Shown here: positions 10,880-23,641 of the stretch, piece after piece | How the letters are laid out: every line of letters starts with the position of its first letter | How positions within the stretch are numbered: position 1 is the stretch's first letter | NCBI RefSeq assembly: GCF_001194135.2 | Contig: NC_068993.1 | Coordinates: forward strand, 15,252,775 to 15,316,774 | Reading direction: 5' to 3' | Origin: Octopus bimaculoides | Lineage: Eukaryota | DNA length: 64,000 nucleotides | Position numbers and translations under genes: made by a program | Notes under the pieces: generated by a model | Seen by the model: only the letters and a program-made list of their open reading frames with translations | Database searches by the model: none | What the model was told of the DNA's origin: nothing

Positions 10880-11805
10880 NNNNNNNNNNNNNNNNNNNNN
10901 NNNNNNNNNNNNNNNNNNNNNNNNNNNNNNNNNNNNNNNNNNNNNNNNNNNNNNNNNNNNNNNNNNNNNNNNNNNNNNNNNNNNNNNNNNNNNNNNNNNN
11001 NNNNNNNNNNNNNNNNNNNNNNNNNNNNNNNNNNNNNNNNNNNNNNNNNTATACATGGAAATATATATTCATAAGTATATATATGTGGGGGGTGTATATG
11101 TGTGTGGGAGGTGTATGTGTGTGTGTGAGCTTGTGCGGGTGCGAGTGTATGTATGTGCGTATATCTTGTATGTTCAACGTTGTTCATATTTCATAACCTC
11201 CTCGGGTGTTTAGTTCGAGTTAAACAAACGCATTGTGCGAAACTCCTAGTAAGCCAGTAAGGAATCATTGATTTGCTTCAAACACATCAAACACACTTTA
11301 ATTGTTCTGTGTATTGCTTCTCTTGTGAGAAACTCTTGATCGTATACACACATACACAAAAGTGATGACTTTTGTGCAGAAACCTGGACAATGTATCGAA
11401 GCCTTTGAGGTGGTAACCTTTTACAGATTGGGGCAGAATAAACTGGAAAGATTGGTAAGTAATGCTGCAGTACTAGAAAATCTGAGAGTCCGACGACATA
11501 TAATGTTAGAATCAGTCCGTTAAGCTGCCATAATTTGAACATATAATGCGGCACGAACGATTGTCCAAGACTATCGTGAGATGCAGTGTGGAGTGGGGGA
11601 AAAGCAGGAAACTGTACTCATAACAGCAAAGAATAGACTGTAACCAAGGGTGTGGCTGATTGTAGGAATGCAGAAAATGACAGGTGGGGAAACGTAGGGA
11701 CTTGAAAAGCTGAGCCTCGGATAAATGGAGGTTACATGGTTTGGTTGACGGCTGAATAACGTTCGGCTCTTGAGTTACTTTGTAACTAGTTAAAAGACAC
11801 ACATA

Positions 11806-11906
<101 letters not shown>

Positions 11907-11927
11907 AACAGACACACGCACGCATAT

Positions 11928-12060
11928 AGGCTCAGTTATGGATGTGTGGGTACAAAGTTAGCTTCCAAACCTAGTGGTTTGGGGTTCAGTTCCACAATGC
12001 AGCAACTTGGGCAAGTCTCTTCTGCAATAGACCCTGGGTTGACCAAAGTTTAGAAATTGT
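11928..12060 (+). mobile_element. SINE family C 5' fragment
   Basis: GGGTTCAGTTCCAC...CAACTTGGGCAAGTCTCTTCT...TTGACCAAAG. Confidence 0.75.
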
Positions 12061-13018
12061 ATTTGTATGTGTTCTTGTATGAATGTATGGTTGTGTCCAT
12101 CACGTATGTCAGTATTTCTCATATGGTCATAGATTTTGTGTGTGAACACTGTCTTCATGTCTCTATCAAATCTCGTCACACTTACTTTTCTATACGAACA
12201 GAGAAGCGTCTGTGTGTGTGTGTGCGTGTGCGTATGTATGTTTGTGAGTGAGTGTGCGTAGGCGTTGCGTTCACCGCTCTGACAGAGTACTTTTGTCTCT
12301 AATCATAACTTTCATCATTCTATGTTTATATCCTATATTAAATTTGTATTCCTACATCAATATCTCCGTCTGTGTTGATCCATTAAAGGTAGCTACGATA
12401 AAAATCTATAGGCATGAAAAATATTCCTGTATGTATGTATGTATATATGTGTGTATGTATGATCATAAACTATAGATATTTATACATATATATATATATA
12501 TATACATATAGTGTATATATATATNNNNNNNNNNNNNNNNNNNNNNNNNNNNNNNNNNNNNNNNNNNNNNNNNNNNNNNNNNNNNNNNNNNNNNNNNNNN
12601 NNNNNNNNNNNNNNNNNNNNNNNNNNNNNNNNNNNNNNNNNNNNNNNNNNNNNNNNNNNNNNNNNNNNNNNNNNNNNNNNNNNNNNNNNNNNNNNNNNNN
12701 NNNNNNNNNNNNNNNNNNNNNNNNNNNNNNNNNNNNNNNNNNNNNNNNNNNNNNNNNNNNNNNNNNNNNNNNNNNNNNNNNNNNNNNNNNNNNNNNNNNN
12801 NNNNNNNNNNNNNNNNNNNNNNNNNNNNNNNNNNNNNNNNNNNNNNNNNNNNNNNNNNNNNNNNNNNNNNNNNNNNNNNNNNNNNNNNNNNNNNNNNNNN
12901 NNNNNNNNNNNNNNNNNNNNNNNNNNNNNNNNNNNNNNNNNNNNNTATATATATATATATACATTATTGGTAATATTCCGCGTTGTTTAGCACCATTAAT
13001 CTTCATAAATTTATTCAG

Positions 13019-13062
13019 ATGAAAAAGCAATCTTGAATGTCTTGGAGCTTCAATGGACAGAC
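13019..13062 (+). CDS. Candidate 44-nt internal exon
   Basis: TTTATTCAG| acceptor and GAC|GTAAGT donor; only one frame is open (phase 1 to 0): xEKAILNVLELQWTD. Confidence 0.35.
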
Positions 13063-13663
13063 GTAAGTGGGGACGCTACTGTCCATAATAAACATATAGG
13101 ACTAATAAGAAAATATGTTGTAAATCTTTGAAAAATCGATTTAAATCAAGGCAATCAATAGTTCCTTATCATAACAATTTTAAAAGAAAAAAACATAAAT
13201 TAGACCTCATTCTTTTCAAGGTAATCCCTACCAATTTTCGCATATTCGCTCATATGTTTCCATATTATAGTTCTATATTATAGGACTTTTATCCAACATT
13301 CTGCCTCTATTTTTTCCCGCTGCTGAGACTTGTTTCAAGCATTTCAGTTTGGATTTTGATATTCACCATTCCACATTCTCTTTTCCCGATGAAAATTTAG
13401 TCAAGCGTTTTGGAAAAATCAGACACTATATGCTTCAAATGATATGTTATACAACACACTCATTTTGAACTGCGAAATACTTTGTGGTGATTATTCTGCC
13501 GCATCGAACCTCTTGCTCCATGACTCAGTATCTGTGTTTTTTTTTTCCTGCTCTGCGCTAATGATTTATATAACGAATTTGAGTATAAATTATTTGACTT
13601 CTGCTGTCCTAGCATTCATCCGCGGCACTGTTAAATATCCATTGAAATTATTATTTCTCCATA

Positions 13664-13850
13664 CAAGGCGTTGAGCTGGCCGAATTCTTAGAGCATCGGG
13701 AAAATGCTATACAGTACAATTACGTTCTCACTTCAGAATCCGCCGTTTTCATCATTTCGGGCTCGATAGAATAGGTACTGGGTCGATTTTAACCACTTTA
13801 CCCTTCCACACAATATTGCGAACCTTGTACCAATATTAGATAAAAGAATA
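13664..13850 (+). mobile_element. SINE family A, diverged copy
   Basis: AAGGCGTTGAGCTGGCCGAA ... TTTCATCATTTCGGGCTCGATAG. Confidence 0.75.
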
Positions 13851-14994
13851 AAAGAATACTACGGTTTTAGTATATGTAACTTTTATAAAGGTGTCCATGC
13901 ACCCACTTGGCATTTCATTCTTATGTCTCAAAATCTTCTATGTTTGGTGTATATTTAAAATGAATTTATTTGTAACCATGCATTTATATACCATTACATA
14001 CTCTCCACAATATCTACGGCAATACGGTCAATCAAAATGTGGGAGCCCCTACTCGCTAGATGTAGCAGCGCAATGTCTCTCGAACCATACTTGATCACCT
14101 TAAAGAAACGGATATATTTTGAACAGTAGCTATAGTTCTAGATGTACGATCAACAGGATGGTAACACATGACCGTGTTTTATATATATATATATATATAT
14201 ATTTTATTAAACCTTGCTCCAACAAGTCTGACTTGTTTATGAGCTACAACAACAACAACAACAGCCTCAACACGATTATGCCAGCTTGAGAACAGAAACC
14301 CCCCACTGTTTTTATTTTATCAGCTTTTACTTGTTACCGGAAATATATCCAGTTACTCCTACAAAAATGTCCATGTATTGTTACTGTTGTACTTGGTGTT
14401 GGTTTAGTTGTCATTCTTATTATTGTTTTGTTAGTGTTTTTTTGTTAGTGTTAACGTTCTTCTTATTGGCAATATTCTTTCGGATATTTCCGTTCTTAGC
14501 AGTGATGTTGTTATCATTGTTAATGTTCTTGTTAGTCTTACCGACCTCATAATTCGACATATTGATGTCATTATTTCCAACGTGTGTTCCTCTCTGTGTG
14601 ATGTTTCGTTGTCTTTATAAGTATCAGCTCTTACTATTTCTTCGTTCGCCATTTTTTTTCTAAAAAATAAATGTGTGTGTGTGCGTGTGTGTATATATAT
14701 ATATATATATATTTATCTATTTATTTATTTATTTGCCTTGTCGGCAAACCACAGTTGAGATAAAAGTATCTTCCTGTTGTGCAAGGAATTTTCCCTAAAC
14801 ATATCAGCTCTCTCGCGTAACTAAATATGTTACTAATCCACTAAAACAATAGATAGTTACAGCCAATGGAGGTATGAACCGTTAACTAAGGCTTAGATTA
14901 TATTTACTCGGAATCTCTGTCTTAATAAACAGTTAGTAATAATAACTTCTGAGGCATCCAAAAGACCACACAACTGGTGAAGTGGAAGAACCAG

Positions 14995-15372
14995 TCAGTA
15001 AAATCAAAGCCATTTTATATTATCGACCCAGAAACGAATAAAAGTAATGTTCAATCGGTAGGGTTTGAACTCATAGCGTAAAGCGTTGTAACTAAATACT
15101 GCAAAGTAACTTCTCCCATAGTCTAACGATTCTGCCACTACGCCCGACCTTAACAAGCAGTAATAATTCTTTCTTCTATAAGTACATGGCCTGGAATTTT
15201 AGGGGTAGTTTTATCGATTACATCGACCCCAGTGCTATATTGATACTTTATTTTACCCATCCCTGAGAGGATATAGTAGAAGACACTTGCCCAAAGTGCC
15301 ACGCAGTGGGACTGAAACCGGAAACATGTGTTTGGTAGGCAAGCTACTTACCACATAGCCACTCCTGCGCCT
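14995..15372 (-). mobile_element. Cluster of family A-like fragments followed by a family C head (~15272-15372)
   Basis: TTATCGACCC, TTTGAACTC, CTAACGATTCTGCCA; then TAGTAGAAGACACTTGCCCAAAGTGCCACGCAGTGGGACTGAA...CCACTCCTGCGCC. Confidence 0.8.
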
Positions 15373-16605
15373 ATATATTCAATATACATACAAACATATA
15401 CATACAGACGCGCACCACAGGCACATAAACGATCACATATAATTATATGTAATAACATTCATACATGAATCAATTTTAAATATTTTCAAGTAATAACAAG
15501 CAATAAAAAAAATAAATAAATAAATAAATAAATGCATAAATAAATTCAAGGCCCAGTATTCCTTAGAAATGCAAGATATATTACTACGTTAAAATTATTC
15601 AATTCCTTATTTACTTCTTTTTAGCTAAGAATCTAGCGAACGCTTTATGTAATGAAAGACCGACGACAACAGGAACAACAACAAAGAAAGACGAACAATG
15701 TTTGCGATTGATGAATATAACGGAAGAAGCAATTGGAAATCAATTGCCGATGCAGTCATACAATCAATGTACGTTGGTCGTATTTATAAATCACGCTGTC
15801 GAAATACAAACATCTAGTATATAACAAAAGAAGAAGAAGAAGAAAAAAAAGCAAGGAGACAACAATACAAGAAGACCACACATACACACAGGAAGTACAG
15901 AATAGTATGACGAGTAAGCAATGACTAGGAACAAGAAGACACAAGCTACTACATACATACATAAATACATACATACACACACATATATATATGGGTTTTT
16001 AAATGCGTGAAACAACAGCACTTTCTTGTTTTCAGTTCATATGATGTTTTTTGCAGGCTTATTGCTTAAGTATTTCGTATATAATGGTGTATTTTTTACT
16101 GCTGTTGTTTCGCTAGAGTATAATGTCTTTGTTTGTGTGATTCTTTAAAGGAGAGAGGGTATGCTGAGAAGCTTGTTAAACGTTTTCGTTTGTCTGCACT
16201 GATGCAAAGGGATCTTTCGTTTGTGTATTTCTTTTTTCTTTCTTTGTTCTTTTTTTCCTTTTTGTCTTTTCATTGTCTTTTACAACTTGTTTTCCGTTTG
16301 CATGCCGAAAAAAAATCTAGCGACAATCATGAAATAAGGTCGTACTTAGGTGCAGATGTAAGGAGTGAGAGAGAGAGAGAGAGAGTGTGTGTGTGTGAGA
16401 AAGAGAGAGAGAGTGAGAGAGCAAGAGAATATCAGTGTAATGGACGGAGAATGAGAGACAGAATATCAAAATGAAGAACGGAGAGTGAGGGAAAAAGTGA
16501 AAGAGAGAGAGAGTATCAGAATGTAGATAGGAGTGACAGAGATGGCAGTCTAGAAAATAGCGTATATAGGAGATAAAATAAGTACATAAATTTGAGCGAT
16601 ACTGT

Positions 16606-16648
<43 letters not shown>

Positions 16649-17127
16649 TGTGTGTGCGTGCGTGTGTGCATGTGTGTGACATTCCTTACATCTTAACTGA
16701 ATGTGCATTTACTCTCGAAAGACACAAGTTCAGCATTCGTCTTCAGAGATTTTCTCGTATTAAGATATAATGCTAAGAAACAGAGAAAAGTATCAGTAAC
16801 AGACGAACAACATCATGTCGCGGTGGTTTAATTTCTAAATCCAGATTTCTGTCACAACCCCTCTTCAGTTACAGACACCAGTAGCAACTGAATGCATTGG
16901 CGAATTTCGCTTTTACTTATAGTGAAAAACAGTGCTGAATGGTGCTCTCACTCGCTTTATATATATNNNNNNNNNNNNNNNNNNNNNNNNNNNNNNNNNN
17001 NNNNNNNNNNNNNNNNNNNNNNNNNNNNNNNNNNNNNNNNNNNNNNNNNNNNNNNNNNNNNNNNNNNNNNNNNNNNNNNNNNNNNNNNNNNNNNNNNNNN
17101 NNNNNNNNNNNTATATATAAAGGAGCA

Positions 17128-17393
17128 CTGCTCTTGAAATTAACGTGCAAGTGACTGAGCAATCCACAGACACGTGTACCCCTAACGTAGTTCTCAGGGA
17201 GATTCAGCGTGACACAGAGTGTGACAAGGGCGGCCCTTTGAAATACAGGTACTACTCATTTTTGCAAGGTCAGTGGACTGGAGCAACGTGAAATAGAGTG
17301 TCTTGCTCAAGGGCACAAAGCGTCGCCGGGAATTGCACTCACGACTTTACGATCGTGAGGCGAATGCCCTGACCACTAAGCCACGCGCCTTCA
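17128..17393 (-). mobile_element. SINE family B, 3'-truncated
   Basis: High reverse-complement similarity to 37805-38130. Confidence 0.92.
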
Positions 17394-18474
17394 CATATAT
17401 TCATATATATATGGATATATGTACTTACACGTACTGACTCCCACGTACACACGCACACACTCTGTGTGTGTACAGAGAGAAAGTGAGATAATATCCAAAG
17501 GTCGCGACGGTGGGCCCTTGAGTCACTTTGTATATAATGTATTATATACATTCTGTCAAAACTAACGTAACAGTTTACATAGACATATGTGTATATATGC
17601 GTAATTGTATTTCATATACACACACATACTCACATGTATTATGCACACCTATATATGTCTACGTATACGACTTTAACCATGTTTAATTCTCGCTAATATT
17701 AATCTGTACATTTGGTAACACACCATCTGTAGTTTATGTTACAGACAAGCATTCAGAAATGATCTATAGACAACTTCACTAATGGAACACATTCCTTTCG
17801 TAGCTGTAAATCTAAGTTTACAAATATATAGCAGGACAGATTTGAGTCTGTGTTTCTTAAGCTATAATTATATTGTTATTACGTCTGCAGATAAGACTAG
17901 AAATATACGTATTACAACTGTCCATTATTAGCTTCGTGACTACCGAAAGCAGGAAAAGTCAAAGGACAGAATATAAAATTTTGAAATTGTGACGTAACCA
18001 GTAAATGGACGTTTGACGTGTAAGAAACAGGGGCGATATCATCACCAAATGACGTTCTACTGGTGTGAAAAACAGAAAGACATAGTGTTCGACGTGCTAG
18101 AAACAGGACTTATGTCATTCTCATATGATGGTCTTCTGGTTTAAGATACAGAGACCCGTTGGATAGTATAGAACTAATACACGACTGAAAAAGGAAAGAA
18201 ATTAAAGAAGACAGATGTCCATGGTTGAGTCTCGTTTCATTGATAGGTTTACTTCGTCAGGACTGACCTGAAGTTAATTAACTAAAAAAAAAAACGAAAC
18301 AGAAAGTAACTTCAAATCTAATTAATATCTTGTATTGAAACGTCATTGATTCATACTTCGATTTTCTTTCGTTTAGCACCAAAAGAATATCTACAAACCA
18401 TTTTGGTTTTTCGAGCTAAACAAATAAACTCCTAGAAAAAAACAAATTTTAGGGTTTTTCTACGACATGCAAAA

Positions 18475-19020
18475 TAAGGCGGAGAGCTGGTGGTATCGTT
18501 TGCATGCCGGAAAATATGCTTAGCGTCATTTCGTCCGTTTTTACGTTCTGAATTCAAAATCCGTCGAGGTGGACTTTACCTTTCATCCTTTTGAGGTCGA
18601 TAAAATAAGTACCAGTTGTGTACTGAGATCAATGTAATCGACTACCCCTCCCCCAAATTTCAGGCCTTGTGACTATAGTAGAAAGGATTATTATTATTAT
18701 TACTAAGGCAGCGATCTAGCAGAAGCGTTAGCTCAACAGCAGGTCGTCCGTCTTCACGTTCTGAGTTCAAATTTCGCAGAGATCAACTTTGCTTTTCATC
18801 GATTCAGGAACCCAAGAATAATTACCAGTTGAGTACTGAGGCTGGTGTAATCAACTTACTTCTTAACCCGAAATTACTGGCCTTGTGTTGAAATTCGAAA
18901 CCGTTATTATTTTTTTATTATTACTAAGTCCACGAGCTGGCAGAATCGTTACCACGCCGGGTAAGATGCTTAGCTGCACTCCGTCTTTACATTCTGACTT
19001 TAAATTTCACCGCGGTTGAC
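18475..19020 (+). mobile_element. Three family A SINE copies head-to-tail
   Basis: Heads at ~18476, ~18706 and ~18925, the latter two directly after ATT-rich tails. Confidence 0.88.
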
Positions 19021-19890
19021 TTAAAATAAGAACAGCAATAAATGAGCGAAGAAAAAAATATATAGTGTGTGTGTTTACTTGGCAACATTAAAAAAATGAC
19101 CGTCCCGAAATACAACAATTTATACTGTTCCTCCATCCGCCAATACGAAGTTCGAGCAGAAAATCTACGGATAACAACATCTAAGTGAGAGTTATATATA
19201 TCTNNNNNNNNNNNNNNNNNNNNNNNNNNNNNNNNNNNNNNNNNNNNNNNNNNNNNNNNNNNNNNNNNNNNNNNNNNNNNNNNNNNNNNNNNNNNNNNNN
19301 NNNNNNNNNNNNNNNNNNNNNNNNNNNNNNNNNNNNNNNNNNNNNNNNNNNNNNNNNNNNNNNNNNNNNNNNNNNNNNNNNNNNNNNNNNNNNNNNNNNN
19401 NNNNNNNNNNNNNNNNNNNNNNNNNNNNNNNNNNNNNNNNNNNNNNNNNNNNNNNNNNNNNNNNNNNNNNNNNNNNNNNNNNNNNNNNNNNNNNNNNNNN
19501 NNNNNNNNNNNNNNNNNNNNNNNNNNNNNNNNNNNNNNNNNNNNNNNNNNNNNNNNNNNNNNNNNNNNNNNNNNNNNNNNNNNNNNNNNNNNNNNNNNNN
19601 NNNNNNNNNNNNNNNNNNNNNNNNNNNNNNNNNNNNNNNNNNNNNNNNNNNNNNNNNNNNNNNNNNNNNNNNNNNNNNNNNNNNNNNNNNNNNNNNNNNN
19701 NNNNNNNNNNNNNNNNNNNNNNNNNNNNNNNNNNNNNNNNNNNNNNNNNNNNNNNNNNNNNNNNNNNNNNNNNNNNNNNNNNNNNNNNNNNNNNNNNNNN
19801 NNNNNNNNNNNNNNNNNNNNNNNNNNNNNNNNNNNNNNNNNNNNNNNNNNNNNNNNNNNNNNNNNNNNNNNNNNNNNNNNNNNNNNNNNN

Positions 19891-20130
19891 GTGTGATGTG
19901 AGGAAGGCATGGGTGGAGTGTGGGTTAGGCTGAGGGTGGGGTAGAGGTAGGGGTCTGTGGGTAGGGCGGGGGTATGTGGGTAGTGGTGGGTGGTGGGTGT
20001 AAGGAATTGGATGGGGTGGAGTGGGAAGGTAGAGTAGGAGTGTGTTGGGGTGTGGTGGGATGAGCTTATGAGGGGGCGTTGACGAGGAGGGAGAGGGGAA
20101 GGGGAAGGTGGATGTAAGAGAGGGGGAAGA
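19891..20130 (+). repeat. G-rich low-complexity tract
   Basis: Many GGG/GGGG runs on the + strand, adjacent to a 687-N gap. Confidence 0.8.
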
Positions 20131-20246
20131 TATATATACACATATACATATATATAAATATACATATACATGTATATATATACGCACACGTGAACACACA
20201 CACACACACATGAACACACACACACATGAACACACACACACACATG

Positions 20247-20280
<34 letters not shown>

Positions 20281-21486
20281 TAGATATTTATGTATGCATG
20301 TATGATATTTCTGCAGACTAGAACTCAATCAATGTCTATGACGAAACTGTCTAGTTTTTTCCTCTTGAAAAATCAGCGAGTGCGAGATATTTTCTGCATG
20401 CAAAAACAAACCAACACATGTATTCGATAGAAACATGGAGAGTGTAGGGCGGAGCGTCAATTAAATATATCCGTGTGTCTTAACAAAGTGAAGATTGTTG
20501 CTAAGTTTTCATNNNNNNNNNNNNNNNNNNNNNNNNNNNNNNNNNNNNNNNNNNNNNNNNNNNNNNNNNNNNNNNNNNNNNNNNNNNNNNNNNNNNNNNN
20601 NNNNNNNNNNNNNNNNNNNNNNNNNNNNNNNNNNNNNNNNNNNNNNNNNNNNNNNNNNNNNNNNNNNNNNNNNNNNNNNNNNNNNNNNNNNNNNNNNNNN
20701 NNNNNNNNNNNNNNNNNNNNNNNNNNNNNNNNNNNNNNNNNNNNNNNNNNNNNNNNNNNNNNNNNNNNNNNNNNNNNNNNNNNNNNNNNNNNNNNNNNNN
20801 NNNNNNNNNNNNNNNNNNNNNNNNNNNNNNNNNNNNNNNNNNNNNNNNNNNNNNNNNNNNNNNNNNNNNNNNNNNNNNNNNNNNNNNNNNNNNNNNNNNN
20901 NNNNNNNNNNNNNNNNNNNNNNNNNNNNNNNNNNNNNNNNNNNNNNNNNNNNNNNNNNNNNNNNNNNNNNNNNNNNNNNNNNNNNNNNNNNNNNNNNNNN
21001 NNNNNNNNNNNNNNNNNNNNNNNNNNNNNNNNNNNNNNNNNNNNNNNNNNNNNNNNNNNNNNNNNNNNNNNNNNNNNNNNNNNNNNNNNNNNNNNNNNNN
21101 NNNNNNNNNNNNNNNNNNNNNNNNNNNNNNNNNNNNNNNNNNNNNNNNNNNNNNNNNNNNNNNNNNNNNNNNNNNNNNNNNNNNNNNNNNNNNNNNNNNN
21201 NNNNNNNNNNNATATATATATATATATATATATACTTATTTTCAGATTCATATATAGATTGATAGATAGATAGATAGATAGAAGCAGTATTTATATATAT
21301 TACATACATGTGTATATATGTATTAATCTGTGAGTGAGGTATAGTAAACACACACACACACATGCACACATACACACACACGCACACGTACACACACACG
21401 CACACATACAGACACAAAGACATACACGTATATGTATATAGGTAGATATAGAAAAAGAAACATAGATAGATAGATAGATAGATAGT

Positions 21487-21519
<33 letters not shown>

Positions 21520-21589
21520 GGATAGATAGATAGATAGATTGTTGCTTATTGTGTCTTTCAGAAACAAATAAGTAAAAAAAGCCCCTGGT

Positions 21590-22498
21590 GTATCTTGAGG
21601 TTCCTGTCAACGTATTTTATGCGAGGAATTGCGAATGAAATGAGTTGTAGCAAAATTTGTGCCTCGATTGCTCACGGAAGATCAAATGCAGTCACGAAGG
21701 AATGCGTATCGTGAACTGAAAGAACAGTTGGAAATTGATCCAGACCTTTTTTCGAAGGCCGAAACTGGTGACGAATGCTGCAGCAACGGCTACGACCCGG
21801 AAACGAAACAACAAACAAGTTTATGGAAGCATTCAATGTCACCCCCACCCCCCAAAAAAAAGCGTGTCCAGTGAAGTCCAGTGCTAAGACGATGCTGATT
21901 TATTGATCGATACGAAAGGAATTGTCCACACGAAATTTGTTCCCCCTGGTCAAACTGTTAACCAGATTATTTTCCTTGCCAGTTCTGAAGCGTTTGCAAG
22001 ACAACGTGAGTCGAAATCTCCCCGACCTGAGACACAGTATAGAGTGATGTTTTCATCACGACAACGCGCCAGCGCAAACGCCCTCGAGCGTGAGACAAAT
22101 TTTGACCAAAACTGACATAACCCCGCTTACCCTCCCTCCCTGTTTAGCCAATCTTGCTCCCTGCAATTTTTTTTTTTTTTTTTGGCTCTCCCGAATGNNN
22201 NNNNNNNCTTGCTCCCTGCAATTTTTTTTTTTTTTTTTGGCTCTCCCGAATGAAAAAAGTCCTTAAAGGAAATACGTGTTGCAGATGTGGAAGAGGCGAA
22301 GAAAAAAAAAATGGAAGGCGTTAAAAAGCATCTCTTCGCAAAAGTTCCAGAACTGCTTCGAACAGTGGAAAACGCGTCTGGACCGATGCATTGCTTCAAA
22401 TGAAGAATATTTTGAAGGAGATAAAAGTGTAAACATGCAACACTAAATGAACAAAATATTATTACAAAATTTCAGTTTCGTTTGGGTACTTCCTCGTA
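21590..22498 (+). mobile_element. Decayed mariner transposon, family 2: central and C-terminal transposase plus 3' TIR
   Basis: AKFVPRLLTEDQ..TGDE..GYDPETKQQ..WKH..SPPPKK; DTKGIVH..FVPPGQTVN; HHDNAP; LAPCNF; FQNCFEQWKTRLDRCIASNEEYFEGDK; ends TTGGGTACTTCCTCG-TA. Confidence 0.93.
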
Positions 22499-22517
22499 TA
22501 TATGTATATATGTTCTT

Positions 22518-23062
22518 TCAGTATTTATACAGTGAAGCATTACTATAGCGTCGTATATTATTGACTGCTATTTCCAGTAAATATTGGTGCATTGTTGTAA
22601 CACTATTTCTTTTTACTTTAAACTTATGGTTCCTTATTTTACTGGATAGCAATATTCTTGCATTGCACTACTTAATAACTTTTTTCTTTGAAACATTTTT
22701 CACTGTTCTCCGTTCTGTTGACGGCTAGGCGTTCAGGTGAGTAAACTGGCACTGATGAAGCAAAATTTAAAATTTTGTCTTGGTGAATCTAGCTGAAGAG
22801 AACTAATCAAATTTACGTTAACAAACGTATTTTGAAGGGTTCTACGTCCTAGATTATCCACATCTGGGTTGTACGTCCGAGATTATCCACGTCTGGGCTT
22901 TACATTTATCTAATGTTCTTCCTACGAGTAAGATGAAATGTTTAATGTTCGCCACCCGCGCATATCTTTGTCAGTATATATACAATGGAGCTTTACTATA
23001 GCGTCGTATATTATCGACTACTATTTCGAGTAAATATTGGTGCATTGTTGTACTGCTATTCT
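22518..23062. repeat. Pair of ~92-bp direct repeats (22518-22610 and 22971-23062) enclosing ~360 bp
   Basis: Shared TTACTATAGCGTCGTATATTA and GTAAATATTGGTGCATTGTTGTA; roughly 85% identical by eye. Confidence 0.88.
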
Positions 23063-23099
23063 CTCTCTATATATATAAATATATATGTGGTGGGATGTA

Positions 23100-23352
23100 T
23101 AAGGAGAAAAACAACTAGTTTTAAATCTCTGAATGAGATCTATGTTGTAGCAGTACCGTGTAGTAAAGTTTATTTGCCAACATAACGTGGCACTCCTACA
23201 TAGGACTATGTTACTACTTTTTAAGCCTAGGAACACAGCTTTTCCAGCTGGTTAATGACACATGATCTGCGTCAAAGACATATTGTAAGTAAGGGTGCTT
23301 ACATACATGCATCTCATTCAGAGATTTAAGACTAGTTGTTGCTTTCCTCTTA
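23100..23352. mobile_element. Foldback / MITE-like element with ~55-bp imperfect inverted arms
   Basis: AACAACTAGTTTTAAATCTCTGAATGAGAT (left) versus ATCTCATTCAGAGATTTAAGACTAGTTGTT (right). Confidence 0.7.
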
Positions 23353-23610
23353 CGAGATCAGTGACTGTCAGTGACTTCGATAAGTATATACTGTCAGTAA
23401 TGACCGGTGGCTTGTGCCTCTGGCCAGGCAGTTGTCCAGCACCGAAGACGGGAAATTACACAAGAGCCATTGGCTGCTAACGGCTAAAATGGAGTAGTAA
23501 ACAATCTTACTTATAGTATGTCTCGGACATAGATCATGTGTCGATAACCAGCTAGAAAAAATGTTTTTCTGGTGTTAAAAAGCAGTAACATAATTCTATG
23601 CAGTACTACC

Positions 23611-23641
<31 letters not shown>

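Noticed and set aside
22155-22250. Tandem duplication inside the mariner
   Set aside because: The same ~40 bp lies on both sides of a 10-N placeholder; this is an unmerged contig overlap.
22752-22790. Hammerhead at CTGATGA followed by the palindrome CAAAATT..AATTTTG
   Set aside because: No GAAA after the stem and no stem I or III.
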